From Lachnospiraceae bacterium (GTDB taxonomy: Bacteria > Bacillota > Clostridia > Lachnospirales > Lachnospiraceae): 64,000 nt of DNA. This document shows positions 46,476 to 55,926 of this stretch, in pieces. The DNA is taken from contig JAILLI010000068.1 of NCBI GenBank assembly GCA_024693225.1, positions 13,929 to 77,928 of the forward strand, given 5' to 3'. Below the pieces are notes generated by a model. That model worked only from the letters and a program-made list of their open reading frames with translations, made no database searches and had not been told where the DNA came from. A program made the position numbers and the translations under genes. The stretch's first letter is position 1. Each line of letters opens with the position of its first letter.

Positions 46476-47492
46476 ACCTGATAACTTCAATATCTTCGAT
46501 ACACAGTATCTGAATATCAGGGAAGATACATAGGCAGCTATGAAACTTAAAGGGACCGTTACGAAGAAGAACCAGAAGGCTTCGGACGGTTCCTTTATGT
46601 ATCTCTTGACATAGGCGTAGATAAGGGCATCATATGCCCCGGAAAAAAGATATATCTCAAAGGAGACAGAGCTTACGGACGAAAGAAAGGCCCTGACCGC
46701 CCTCCCCTTTACACCGGCATCATAGAAAAGTACAAATACGCAGACCGTGCATATCATGACAAAAAATGACCCGTATGCCCCGTCCGTGGTCGATATGAGA
46801 TTCCAGTCAAACGTCCCTGTAGATGTAAACCTTATACTGATGAAGGTTTCCAGGATGACCACGCCAAAAAGCACAGCAGTTGCCGCAGCCTTTGACACCT
46901 TTGGTCTTCTCTGCCTTACCGTCGCCCCCAGCAGATAAAAGAGGACGGGATAAAGGCCGGTAAAGTATGAAGGTCCTATGTACTTAAAGACCGGATATAT
47001 GGTACACAGTCCCGTAAGTGTTATGAGCAGTATATCCTGCTCTCTTCTGTCAAGGGCTTCCCACCCCCTGTTGATAAAGGGTATCAGAAGAAAGAGACAC
47101 AGATAGATACCCATATACCAGGCTATCTGGTAGTTGGCAAGGTTCTCTAGCATCTCCCGTATCCCATATATCTTACCGAAGATCCTGTTATAAAGGATCA
47201 TCTTGGCGACCGATATGACAAGGTATGATATGAGAAGGGGTATAAGGGCACGATAGTGGGCCCCATCCATCTTCTTGTGACATTTGAAATAGCCAGTCAG
47301 CATGAAGAACAGCGGGACTGCCGTCATGAAGAGCCACCTCGCCCCTGTCATGATATACATCTTAACTTCTGTAAGAGGTGCGTCATAGTATCCGATATTG
47401 AGGTAGAAATGCAGTCCGACGACAAATATGCATGCGATCGTTCTTACCAGATCCGGCCCGCTCTCCCTGACCCTTAGGTTCTTATCCGTCAC
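46458..47492 (-). CDS. Acyltransferase-3 family membrane protein
   Basis: This is a 344-aa polytopic protein with an N-terminal DLVRTIACIFVVGLHF motif. The start is GTG, with GAGGGAG upstream. Confidence 0.75.
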   Translation of the reverse strand: MTDKNLRVRESGPDLVRTIACIFVVGLHFYLNIGYYDAPLTEVKMYIMTGARWLFMTAVPLFFMLTGYFKCHKKMDGAHYRALIPLLISYLVISVAKMILYNRIFGKIYGIREMLENLANYQIAWYMGIYLCLFLLIPFINRGWEALDRREQDILLITLTGLCTIYPVFKYIGPSYFTGLYPVLFYLLGATVRQRRPKVSKAAATAVLFGVVILETFISIRFTSTGTFDWNLISTTDGAYGSFFVMICTVCVFVLFYDAGVKGRAVRAFLSSVSSVSFEIYLFSGAYDALIYAYVKRYIKEPSEAFWFFFVTVPLSFIAAYVSSLIFRYCVSKILKLSGLSAKS

Positions 47493-47493
47493 T

Positions 47494-49869
47494 TTACTTC
47501 TCCCTCAACTGGTATTCCTTATCTTCGTCCATGATCTCTATCATGATATCGGCAAAGACCGGATCGAACTGGGTACCCCGGCACCTGACAAGCTCCTCGC
47601 GCACCTTGTCCTGGGGGAGGGTGGCACGGTAGCTCCTGTGACTGGTCATGGCATCATAGGCATCGGCTACGGCTATGATCCTGGCCACCTCGGGTATCTT
47701 CTCACCTGCAAGTCCGTCCGGATATCCTTTTCCGTCATACCTTTCATGATGCCACCTGGCTCCCTTGCCAAGATCCGGCATCTCCTTTATGGTATCAAGT
47801 ATCTGGGTCCCTATGACCGGATGGGTCTTGATGATCGCATATTCCTCATCGGTCAGCTTATCCTTTTTGTTGATTATGGCATCCGCTATCCCGATCTTTC
47901 CAACATCATGCAGGAGTCCTGTTATATATACTTCGTTCTGTTTGCTCTCGCTGTAACCGTATATTGCAGCTATGTCCCTTGAATACTCCGCCACCCTGCT
48001 GGAATGGCCGTTGGTGTACTTATCCTTGGCATCTATTGCATAGGCAAGGGCCTGGATGATGTGGATGGAAAGCTGCTCATTCTCCTCTGTCTTCCTCTCC
48101 ACCTCCTGGTTGAGATGGGCCTGCAGGTGGGACATCTTCAGGATGTTACCGATACGCAGGGCCAGTTTTTCCCTTAACATGGGCATGGTTATAAAATCCG
48201 CCGCTCCAAGTTCAAGCCCTCTTTGCTCAACTGCCGGATCCTCGTTTGCAATGAGGATGACCGGTACCCGTCTTAATGCTCCCCCCTGTTTGCGTATGGC
48301 AACAAGTACATCAAGCCCGCTCATGCCCTCGGTGGAAGCCCCCACGATCATAATGGCCGGCATGTTGTCGGTCAGGTAGCCGATAAGATCCTCTCCCTTT
48401 GCAAAGTCGGTCACATCATGGTCTTTTGATGCAAGGGCACTTTTTATCTGCTCTATATCCTCCGGCCTGTCTGTGCATACGGCTATAACGGATGATCCGT
48501 CGCCGGCAGCGGCTGCGCCCTCATGCATCTCCGAATCGGTAGAGGCCGTCTCGACCTCCAGGTCGACCAGTCCGCTGTACTCGTTATTCCTCCAGGCGTG
48601 CATGACCCGGTCCGTTACCCTGGCAACATTGTAATCGCTTATCTCCGGGAGCATGAGGAAAAAGTGGTTATCTCCTATCTGCATCATGATATCGCTGTTT
48701 CTAAGCGACTCCTGCAGCAGTTCACGGAGGCTTACCATTATCTTTTCCTTCTCCGATTCGGACAGGCCTTTCATCTTGAATCTGGCGGTAAAGAGCATCT
48801 TGTAGGCCGTACCCCTGTACCTGTCCATATAGCGTATCATGTACCTGTATACGTTCCCGAAGGCTTCTTTTCCCATCCACATGGCACTCTGGGGTATGCT
48901 TCTTTCCTCCAGTATGGTGGTGAGCATGGCCAGGCTTATGTCAATCGGTATGGACGATTCCGCATCCTCATCAAGATAGAGGGAATAGCCGTGCTTGCCG
49001 TTGTTCTTGATAGTATAGAGGGCCCTGTCGCACAGCCTGAAGAGCTCGTTGAACGCAGTCCCCTGGGCGGGCACGAATACAGCCCCTAAGGATGCGCCGA
49101 GCGGGATGCTCATATCATCTCCCATCATCCTGCGGGCTTCCCTTATCAGATCGGAATTAACGATCTCCGAATACTTGGCGACCTCCTTCTCCTCTTCCAT
49201 ATTTTCCGCGAAGATGAGGAATTCATCGCCTCCTATCCTTCCGAAGGTAGCCGGATACTTCATGTTGTCCCGCAGTATCCCGGCAAATGTCCCGAGAACC
49301 CTGTCCCCCATATCGTGGCCGTAAATATCATTTACCAGCTTGAAGGAATCAAGATCGACGATCATGAGGGTCCCCCTTTTGGAAAGACACTTGTCCGTTA
49401 TCAGTTCGTTGGCATTATACTTGTTGTAAAAGCCGGTCAGCTTGTCTATGGTCGCTTCTTCTTCATACATGAGCATCTGGCCGTGGCTTCTGACTATATT
49501 CTCTACCCTTCTTACAAGGACATCGGGATCGAAGGGCTTGCGGATATAGTCTGAAACACCCATTTCAAATCCCCTGCTCTCGTTGGCCCTGTCCTCATCC
49601 GCGGTCAGCATGACTATCGGAGTTTCCCCTATTCCAAGCTCTTTTTCAAGCTCGCGGAATCTCCCGTAGGTTTCAAATCCGTCCATCTCCGGCATCTTTA
49701 TATCAAGAAGGATCAGGTCCGGAGCACCCTTCTGTCTGACATAGTCCAAAAGGCTCTGTCCTGATTTTACAGCCGTTACGCGCATATTGTTCTTTGACAG
49801 TATCTGTCCTGCCATCTTAAGATTGGTAACATCATCATCAACAACGATTATCCAACTCGACATGGTCAT
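47494..49869 (-). CDS. Multidomain c-di-GMP protein: REC - GGDEF - unknown - REC-like - HD-GYP
   Basis: The first REC is IVVDDD...LILLDIKMPEMDG. The GGDEF domain contains RIGGDEFLIF. The second receiver-like segment is IMIVGASTEGMSGLDV. The HD-GYP blocks are HSSRVAEY, GLLHDVGKIGI and HHERYDGKGYPDG. Confidence 0.85.
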   Translation of the reverse strand: MTMSSWIIVVDDDVTNLKMAGQILSKNNMRVTAVKSGQSLLDYVRQKGAPDLILLDIKMPEMDGFETYGRFRELEKELGIGETPIVMLTADEDRANESRGFEMGVSDYIRKPFDPDVLVRRVENIVRSHGQMLMYEEEATIDKLTGFYNKYNANELITDKCLSKRGTLMIVDLDSFKLVNDIYGHDMGDRVLGTFAGILRDNMKYPATFGRIGGDEFLIFAENMEEEKEVAKYSEIVNSDLIREARRMMGDDMSIPLGASLGAVFVPAQGTAFNELFRLCDRALYTIKNNGKHGYSLYLDEDAESSIPIDISLAMLTTILEERSIPQSAMWMGKEAFGNVYRYMIRYMDRYRGTAYKMLFTARFKMKGLSESEKEKIMVSLRELLQESLRNSDIMMQIGDNHFFLMLPEISDYNVARVTDRVMHAWRNNEYSGLVDLEVETASTDSEMHEGAAAAGDGSSVIAVCTDRPEDIEQIKSALASKDHDVTDFAKGEDLIGYLTDNMPAIMIVGASTEGMSGLDVLVAIRKQGGALRRVPVILIANEDPAVEQRGLELGAADFITMPMLREKLALRIGNILKMSHLQAHLNQEVERKTEENEQLSIHIIQALAYAIDAKDKYTNGHSSRVAEYSRDIAAIYGYSESKQNEVYITGLLHDVGKIGIADAIINKKDKLTDEEYAIIKTHPVIGTQILDTIKEMPDLGKGARWHHERYDGKGYPDGLAGEKIPEVARIIAVADAYDAMTSHRSYRATLPQDKVREELVRCRGTQFDPVFADIMIEIMDEDKEYQLREK

Positions 49870-49946
49870 CTCCTCTTAATCTTTGCGCTCACTGTTAAAC
49901 ACCGTCTTATCTGAATATTTTATCACAATAGTTTGTACATATCACT

Positions 49947-49981
49947 AAAAAAAAGACCCTGCCGGATTTACCGCAGGATCT
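49947..49981 (-). terminator. Rho-independent terminator after the 75-aa gene
   Basis: The minus-strand RNA forms a GC-rich hairpin, GAUCCUGCGG-UAAAU-CCGGCAGGGUC, with one bulge. Eight U residues follow. Confidence 0.8.
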
Positions 49982-50001
49982 TTATGATCTGTATCTGTAT
50001 A

Positions 50002-50229
50002 TCATGCTGTTGTTTCAAAGAAGCAGCCCATCTGTCCGAACTCTTCCTTTACCTCCTTTTCCATCAGTTCTTTAAATACAGGTTTCTTTTTGCCGCCCGT
50101 GTCACCCTTTTTCCTGTCCCGGTTACGTCCGGGTTTTCTGTTGGGCGCCACCGATGCCACTGTCGGGATCTGACCCGAAACCTGGGGTGGAGGTAATACA
50201 TAATCCATTGAAGTCATTATATTGAACAT
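50002..50229 (-). CDS. Small basic hypothetical protein (75 aa)
   Basis: SD GGAGAGGTG is present and the gene has its own strong terminator. The Lys/Arg-rich centre reads NRKPGRNRDRKKGDTGGKKKP. I recognised no family. Confidence 0.5.
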   Translation of the reverse strand: MFNIMTSMDYVLPPPQVSGQIPTVASVAPNRKPGRNRDRKKGDTGGKKKPVFKELMEKEVKEEFGQMGCFFETTA

Positions 50230-50370
50230 GATAACACCTCTCCTGCACTGCCAAACTTCCTTTCACTTTATATATCGGAAAGTTATGTAAATTACTTTAG
50301 ATATATGTGAATTGTAAAGCGCTGGCAGTCCGATGGCAGGAGAGGTTCTTTATCCGCAGGTTTATGTCCT

Positions 50371-52362
50371 TTATGCGAAGGGTCCCGGTACAGGCGGATC
50401 CGTTCTCTTTTTTCCGTAATGATCCCTGTCAAAGACTATATCGCTGCCGTCGGGGTTTTCAAATCTTTCTTCGGGCTCGAAGGCCATCCCCAGCGTATCG
50501 GAACTTATGAGCTTTACCTTTGGAAGATACTTCATCATGTCCGTCTCGACCCTGTAGGATCCGTCATCCTTTTTCAATGTGACGGTGACCCTGTGGTCCG
50601 TATCTTCGGTATAGTCTTCCTCTGTATCACAGGGTTTGGCTCCGTTAAAGAATACGTTGCCGCCGGTCCATACGGGAAGGGGCATGTAATAGCGGTCCCT
50701 TGAGACCTCGGATCCTTCTCCGCAGTATCCCTCAAACATGCTCTTCCACTCATCTTCCTTCATGAAGCCGTTATATTCACATGTCCCGGCCTTAAGGTTC
50801 ATATCATCCCACTCGTTGGTATCGTCCTCACAGAGCTTTACAAGGCCTTCCTTTACATCCGGCTGGATGAAGACATTGTTGTAAAATCTCACATCACCGT
50901 GAAGGACGGTCATAAAGCCTGTGATATCCGTACTGTGCGGGGCATGTATAGGGGTATATCTGGGTGAAGGATGATCATTCGTACCGTTACAGACACCTCT
51001 GCCTACTCCCGTTATGGCTCCGTACATAAGGTTATGAACAAATGCCACACCCTGGGTTCCCAGCTTCACACAGCGTTCGGACAGCATTATGTTGTTATCT
51101 ACAAGGGTCGGTCCGTGAGCTATCTCTATCCACAGGTCCTCGCCCATGCCAAGTCCCCGGGCACATTCCTCGCTGAGCAGATGGTCCCTTGACATACAGT
51201 TGTCATGAAAGAGATTGGAAGTCACCCTTGTCCCCTGACACTGCCAGTCAAGCCAGATACCTCTTACACAGTCGTGTATGTGGTTGTTACGGATGATGAC
51301 GTCAATGGCCGCATGCAGCTTGATGCCGCCCGTCTCCGCTCCGGCAAGATCCCTCATATTGTTGATGTTATATATATGATTGTTCTCGATCAGGGAAAAT
51401 GCACAGCCCAGGTTCCCCACTATACCGGTCTGTCCGCAGTCATGTATATCACAGTTGCGAATGATGTGGGATCCTATCTTTTCCTTTGTCCAGCCTTCAA
51501 GCCTGGCGATCAGCGCACAGTCCCTCTGGGTCTGGGCTCCGTCCTTGTATTTGTAATGAAGCCACTTGTTGTCATTATTCTGCTGTCTGTACTTGCCCAG
51601 TGATATCCCGGCACACCTCGAGCCGGAAATGTCGCAGTCCTCTATGATCCAGCCCCTGGACCAGTGAGGCCCTATCATACCTTCCTGAAGGGCTGTCGGT
51701 GGAGCCCACTGCGTCGCTGCCTTTGTGACGGTAAAGCCCGACAGGGTGATATTATCCACATGCTCCTGCACAGGCCAGAAACAGTGTGGCCTGACGCTTA
51801 TCTCAACCGTCTCTTTGTTGGGGTCCATCCCGCGAAAGTTCGCAAAAATGAGCGTCGTGTCATTTTCATGATCCTGACATGTATACCAGCAGTACAGGGT
51901 GTTCTCGCGGTCCCAGGAGCAGTCATAGTAAACCGGGTCCATGACCTTATCCTTCGTATCCTTTTCATACATGGCGCGTCCGTTAATGAACACGGCTCCC
52001 GTGTGGACCGGGACGGTTATGTCCAGCCAGTCTCCCGAAACCTGCGTGATGTAGGGATTATATGCTCCGAAATAAGAGTTGGGAACTGTCAGTACCCATA
52101 CGTCTCCTTCATGATGCTTCCAGTCCTTAAATACATCCGCACCGGTTATCACTGCCTTACGGCGCTTTGCTGCCCTGTATATTATCCTCTCACGGGTCCG
52201 TCCCGCATTTCTCGGATCCACATCCTCCCTGTATATGCCGGGGTACACTACTATCTCGTCACCGCTTTTTGCAAGGGCGGCGGCGTCATTGATCCTTCTG
52301 AAGGGGGCATCGGCACTTCCGTCTCCGCCATATGCCGCATTGCAATTTACATGATATATCAC
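50371..52362 (-). CDS. Cytoplasmic right-handed parallel beta-helix repeat protein (pectin-lyase-fold; enzyme class unknown)
   Basis: There is no signal peptide. The N-terminus is GDGSADAPFRRINDAAALAKSGDEIVVYPGIY. Repeated IxNCDIHDC and NNHIHDC turns follow. The start is GTG, with AAGGAGAA upstream. Confidence 0.6.
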   Translation of the reverse strand: MIYHVNCNAAYGGDGSADAPFRRINDAAALAKSGDEIVVYPGIYREDVDPRNAGRTRERIIYRAAKRRKAVITGADVFKDWKHHEGDVWVLTVPNSYFGAYNPYITQVSGDWLDITVPVHTGAVFINGRAMYEKDTKDKVMDPVYYDCSWDRENTLYCWYTCQDHENDTTLIFANFRGMDPNKETVEISVRPHCFWPVQEHVDNITLSGFTVTKAATQWAPPTALQEGMIGPHWSRGWIIEDCDISGSRCAGISLGKYRQQNNDNKWLHYKYKDGAQTQRDCALIARLEGWTKEKIGSHIIRNCDIHDCGQTGIVGNLGCAFSLIENNHIYNINNMRDLAGAETGGIKLHAAIDVIIRNNHIHDCVRGIWLDWQCQGTRVTSNLFHDNCMSRDHLLSEECARGLGMGEDLWIEIAHGPTLVDNNIMLSERCVKLGTQGVAFVHNLMYGAITGVGRGVCNGTNDHPSPRYTPIHAPHSTDITGFMTVLHGDVRFYNNVFIQPDVKEGLVKLCEDDTNEWDDMNLKAGTCEYNGFMKEDEWKSMFEGYCGEGSEVSRDRYYMPLPVWTGGNVFFNGAKPCDTEEDYTEDTDHRVTVTLKKDDGSYRVETDMMKYLPKVKLISSDTLGMAFEPEERFENPDGSDIVFDRDHYGKKRTDPPVPGPFA

Positions 52363-52394
52363 GAGCTATTCTCCTTCCTCCTCTTAGGGTCCTG

Positions 52395-53348
52395 TCATCT
52401 CTTGTCCCTGTCTATATATTCCAGGAATACCACGGTGATCACAGCAAATACCAGAATGAACATTGTAAGTGCAAACCAGGATGTTAGGATATTTTCATAG
52501 GTTGACGCGAAATCATCCCTGGCACTGGCTTCTCCCAGTTTATTCAGCACGGTATCCCTCATTCCCTGTTCCTCGATCATGGCCATGACTTCCTTCAGGG
52601 TCGTAAAGCCGCCTATATCGATCCTGTCTCCGCTTGCCGCCATCTTGTTCCATATCATGACCGCAGGCAGGTCGTTGTAATGGGACAGGGTGCACAGGCT
52701 CTGTACTCCCCACTTTGATATCATGAGCTTGGTGACATCGGAGATCGCTCCGGGTAGGGCCAGAAATCCGGAAAAGACCAGCTGTACGATCAGCATAAAT
52801 GGCATTACCGTCATGGCGGACATCTGTGTCTTCACGATAGCCGAAACGGCAAGCGCCATCATATCCGCCGCATAGGTTATAAGGACCAGCGTTATGAAAA
52901 ATTCCGGTATAAAGCTCTCCTCTCCAACTCCCGTCGCGGGATATTTCATTCCAAGGGCACCGCATACAAGTATCGTTATGATGACCTGGGCATTGCACAA
53001 AAAAAGCTGATAGATCATATGGGCCGCCACGTATGAAGTTATATGCATTCCGGCCCGGTGCTCACGCTTGATGATGGGTCTTTCCCGGCATATAGACTGG
53101 ATCGAATTGAAAAAGCCGTTCCATATACATACGCAGGTCACGGCAAAAGTCCCCTGGAATGTCCCTTCCATACTGATAAACAGTCCCCTGCCCACAGCCA
53201 TTGTCACCAGAGCGGCTATGACGGCGGACATGGGAAGGACCTTCCAGTCTCCCTGAAAAACAAAGAGGCGAAAGAGCCTGAACAGATAAATTCGTAGCTG
53301 GCCAAAGTGGCCTGTATATTTAAGATCAACGGTTTTTTCCATTTCCAT
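52395..53348 (-). CDS. ABC-2-type transporter permease
   Basis: This is a 317-aa polytopic protein immediately downstream of the ATPase gene, with a 2-nt gap. Confidence 0.7.
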   Translation of the reverse strand: MEMEKTVDLKYTGHFGQLRIYLFRLFRLFVFQGDWKVLPMSAVIAALVTMAVGRGLFISMEGTFQGTFAVTCVCIWNGFFNSIQSICRERPIIKREHRAGMHITSYVAAHMIYQLFLCNAQVIITILVCGALGMKYPATGVGEESFIPEFFITLVLITYAADMMALAVSAIVKTQMSAMTVMPFMLIVQLVFSGFLALPGAISDVTKLMISKWGVQSLCTLSHYNDLPAVMIWNKMAASGDRIDIGGFTTLKEVMAMIEEQGMRDTVLNKLGEASARDDFASTYENILTSWFALTMFILVFAVITVVFLEYIDRDKR

Positions 53349-53350
53349 CT

Positions 53351-54730
53351 TCAGACCTCCCTGTTGTCGGCACCGGCTTCGCTTTCCGTTCTGTTCCGGC
53401 TGATCAGTTCTGCGTATTTTTCAACAAATTCATCGGCTCTTCCTTCGCCGCCTTCATCGGTCTGGTTGACAGACAGCAGTATATCTTCCATCGAAGTCTT
53501 GCCGAAGAATTCATATGCTTCCTTTACCGGGCCGTAGTAGGCCAGTCTTCCGGTCCTGGATGCGTCCTTAGCCAGCACGATCACATCATCAAACATGTCT
53601 ATGACCCTGTCCGGGGTATGGGTTATTACCACAACTATCTTGCCTTCGTCGGCTATACCCCGAAGGCTTGTAAAGAGATTTCGGGCCACCACCCCGTCAA
53701 GTCCCGAATCGGGCTCATCCAGTATAAAGAGTGTGGGATCCGATATAAGCTCAAGGGCGATCGACAGCCTCTTCCTCTGTCCTCCCGAAAGCTTGACGAC
53801 CTGCGAAGAGGCGACCGACTGCAGACCGAATTTGTCAAGGACCTCATTTATACGCTTTTTCTTTTCTTCCCTTGTCATGCTCTTGGGCAGCCTGACCGAT
53901 GCCGCATCCTTCAAGGTCATGATAACGGTATCACTCTGTCTCATCAGATCCTGCTGGGGCACAAATCCCAAGCTGTATTTCATGCTCTCGTAATTGTTAT
54001 AGAGATTCTTTCCGTCTATGATTATCTCGGCATCTGCCTTCTCATAACCTGTGACCGCATTGAGAAAGGTGGTTTTGCCCGCACCGGATCCTCCAAGGAG
54101 CAATACCATGTGGCCCGTAGGTATTGACAGGTGGATATCCCGCAGCAGGTATATCTTCCTGCCAAGGCTCGTCAATGTCCTTTCGTTGATATTGACCGTA
54201 AGTCCATGGCGCAGCTCTTCAACGGTTGTATTGCTCACGGCAGCCGCAGCAGAATAATCGATATCGGTCAGTTCATGATCGGGCTGATAATCCTTTCCAA
54301 ATCCCCATATGATACTTGCCACGGGCTGCAGTATGATCCAGACCGCTACCCATTTTTTCGGCTTCTTGAACACCCTGCATAAGGAGGCAAATATACGGAT
54401 GGAAATGGGTATGATGGCTATGGCCAGAGACAGCTCGACCACTATCCAGAATCTGCTCACCAAAGATCCCTCTTCGAATAAGTCTTCGAGCATTTTGGCA
54501 AGGTAATAACATATGTTCAGGATCAGGTATGTCCTTCCATCTTCCTCCCGTTCAGCCATTTTGGACAGCTGATATTCACGTAATCCCGGTATGAAGGCAT
54601 ATATCCTCCTTATCCCGTCCTTCTTAAAGAGCATAAATGAGCCTATGGCAGTACATATCCATGAGATGCTGTCCAATATATCCACGACTCCCAAAGAGCC
54701 TGCCAATAAGATGAAGCTGTTACCGTCCAT
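53351..54730 (-). CDS. ABC transporter ATP-binding protein with about 160-aa N-terminal membrane domain
   Basis: Walker A is GGSGAGKTT, the signature is LSGGQRKR, and Walker B is LFILDEPDSGLD. I place the start at MDGNSF (ATG 54730, AAGGAGAA upstream) rather than the GTG at 54757. Confidence 0.75.
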   Translation of the reverse strand: MDGNSFILLAGSLGVVDILDSISWICTAIGSFMLFKKDGIRRIYAFIPGLREYQLSKMAEREEDGRTYLILNICYYLAKMLEDLFEEGSLVSRFWIVVELSLAIAIIPISIRIFASLCRVFKKPKKWVAVWIILQPVASIIWGFGKDYQPDHELTDIDYSAAAAVSNTTVEELRHGLTVNINERTLTSLGRKIYLLRDIHLSIPTGHMVLLLGGSGAGKTTFLNAVTGYEKADAEIIIDGKNLYNNYESMKYSLGFVPQQDLMRQSDTVIMTLKDAASVRLPKSMTREEKKKRINEVLDKFGLQSVASSQVVKLSGGQRKRLSIALELISDPTLFILDEPDSGLDGVVARNLFTSLRGIADEGKIVVVITHTPDRVIDMFDDVIVLAKDASRTGRLAYYGPVKEAYEFFGKTSMEDILLSVNQTDEGGEGRADEFVEKYAELISRNRTESEAGADNREV

Positions 54731-54888
54731 ATAGGTATTCTCCTTCTGTAAAAACACGATCCCTACCGCCTCTTTGGCAGCATGAACGTCTTGTTATAAA
54801 GTATAACATACCCACACTGGGTTTGTGCATAAATTATTCACATGGATCGCCCGCAAAAACTGATATGGTTTTCCTGCAAAATGATCAT

Positions 54889-54921
54889 AAAAAACGGCAG
54901 GCCCACCCGGGCATCTGCCGT
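54889..54921 (-). terminator. Rho-independent terminator after cysK
   Basis: The hairpin is ACGGCAG-AU-GCCC-GGGU-GGGC-CUGCCGU, followed by UUUUUU. Confidence 0.8.
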
Positions 54922-54970
54922 CTTATCTTTACAGTCCAAACTCCGGCCGGGCCGGATAAGCTCCTTCCCC

Positions 54971-55903
54971 TTACTGGGCAAAAAGAGCCGTGGAATAGTA
55001 CCTGTCCCCGCTGTCGGGAAGGAGTGCCACTATGACCTTTCCTGCGTTCTCGCTCTTTTTCGCGTATTCTATGGCTGCAAAGAGTGCCGCTCCCGATGAT
55101 ATACCGACCGATATACCCTCTTTCTTTGCAAGGAGCTTTGCGGTCTCAAAAGCGTCATTGTTCGATGCCTTGAAGACCTCATCATAGATCTTTGTGTTAA
55201 GGACATCGGGAACAAAGCCTGCACCTATACCCTGGATCTTGTGGGATCCTGCCTTTCCTTCGGAAAGAACGGGAGAATCTTCGGGCTCAAGAGCTACGAT
55301 CTTTATATCCGCTTTCTGCCCCTTAAGATACTCTCCAACTCCTGTGACCGTTCCGCCGGTCCCGACACCTGCGATGAATATGTCAACATTGCCGTCGGTA
55401 TCAGCCCATATCTCGGGTCCTGTCGTGGCCCTGTGAATGGCAGGATTGGCGGGGTTAACGAACTGGCCGGGTATAAAACCTCCGGGGATCTCCTTTGCCA
55501 GCTCTTCTGCCTTTGCTATGGCTCCCTTCATACCCTTGGGGCCTTCCGTGAGGACTATCTCGGCACCGTAGGCCTTAAGGATGCTCCTGCGCTCAACGCT
55601 CATGGTCTCGGGCATGGTCAGGATGACGCGGTATCCCTTTGATGCGGCGATCGCTGCAAGTCCTATACCCGTGTTTCCGCTCGTGGGCTCTATGATGACC
55701 GACCCTTCCTTCAGGAGGCCCTTTTCTTCGGCATCCTCGATCATGGCCTTGGCGATACGGTCCTTTACGCTTCCGGCCGGATTGAAGTATTCCAGCTTGA
55801 CAAGGACGGTTGCCGCAAGTCCCAGTTCCTTTTCAATGTTTACCACCTCAACAAGGGGGGTGTTTCCTACAAGACCAAGTGTTCCTTTATATATCTTTGA
55901 CAT
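54971..55903 (-). CDS. cysK: Cysteine synthase A (O-acetylserine sulfhydrylase)
   Basis: The blocks [28 protein letters not shown] and GVGTGGT are present. Confidence 0.9.
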   Translation of the reverse strand: MSKIYKGTLGLVGNTPLVEVVNIEKELGLAATVLVKLEYFNPAGSVKDRIAKAMIEDAEEKGLLKEGSVIIEPTSGNTGIGLAAIAASKGYRVILTMPETMSVERRSILKAYGAEIVLTEGPKGMKGAIAKAEELAKEIPGGFIPGQFVNPANPAIHRATTGPEIWADTDGNVDIFIAGVGTGGTVTGVGEYLKGQKADIKIVALEPEDSPVLSEGKAGSHKIQGIGAGFVPDVLNTKIYDEVFKASNNDAFETAKLLAKKEGISVGISSGAALFAAIEYAKKSENAGKVIVALLPDSGDRYYSTALFAQ

Positions 55904-55926
55904 TTTTATTCTCCTTTCGCATTCCT

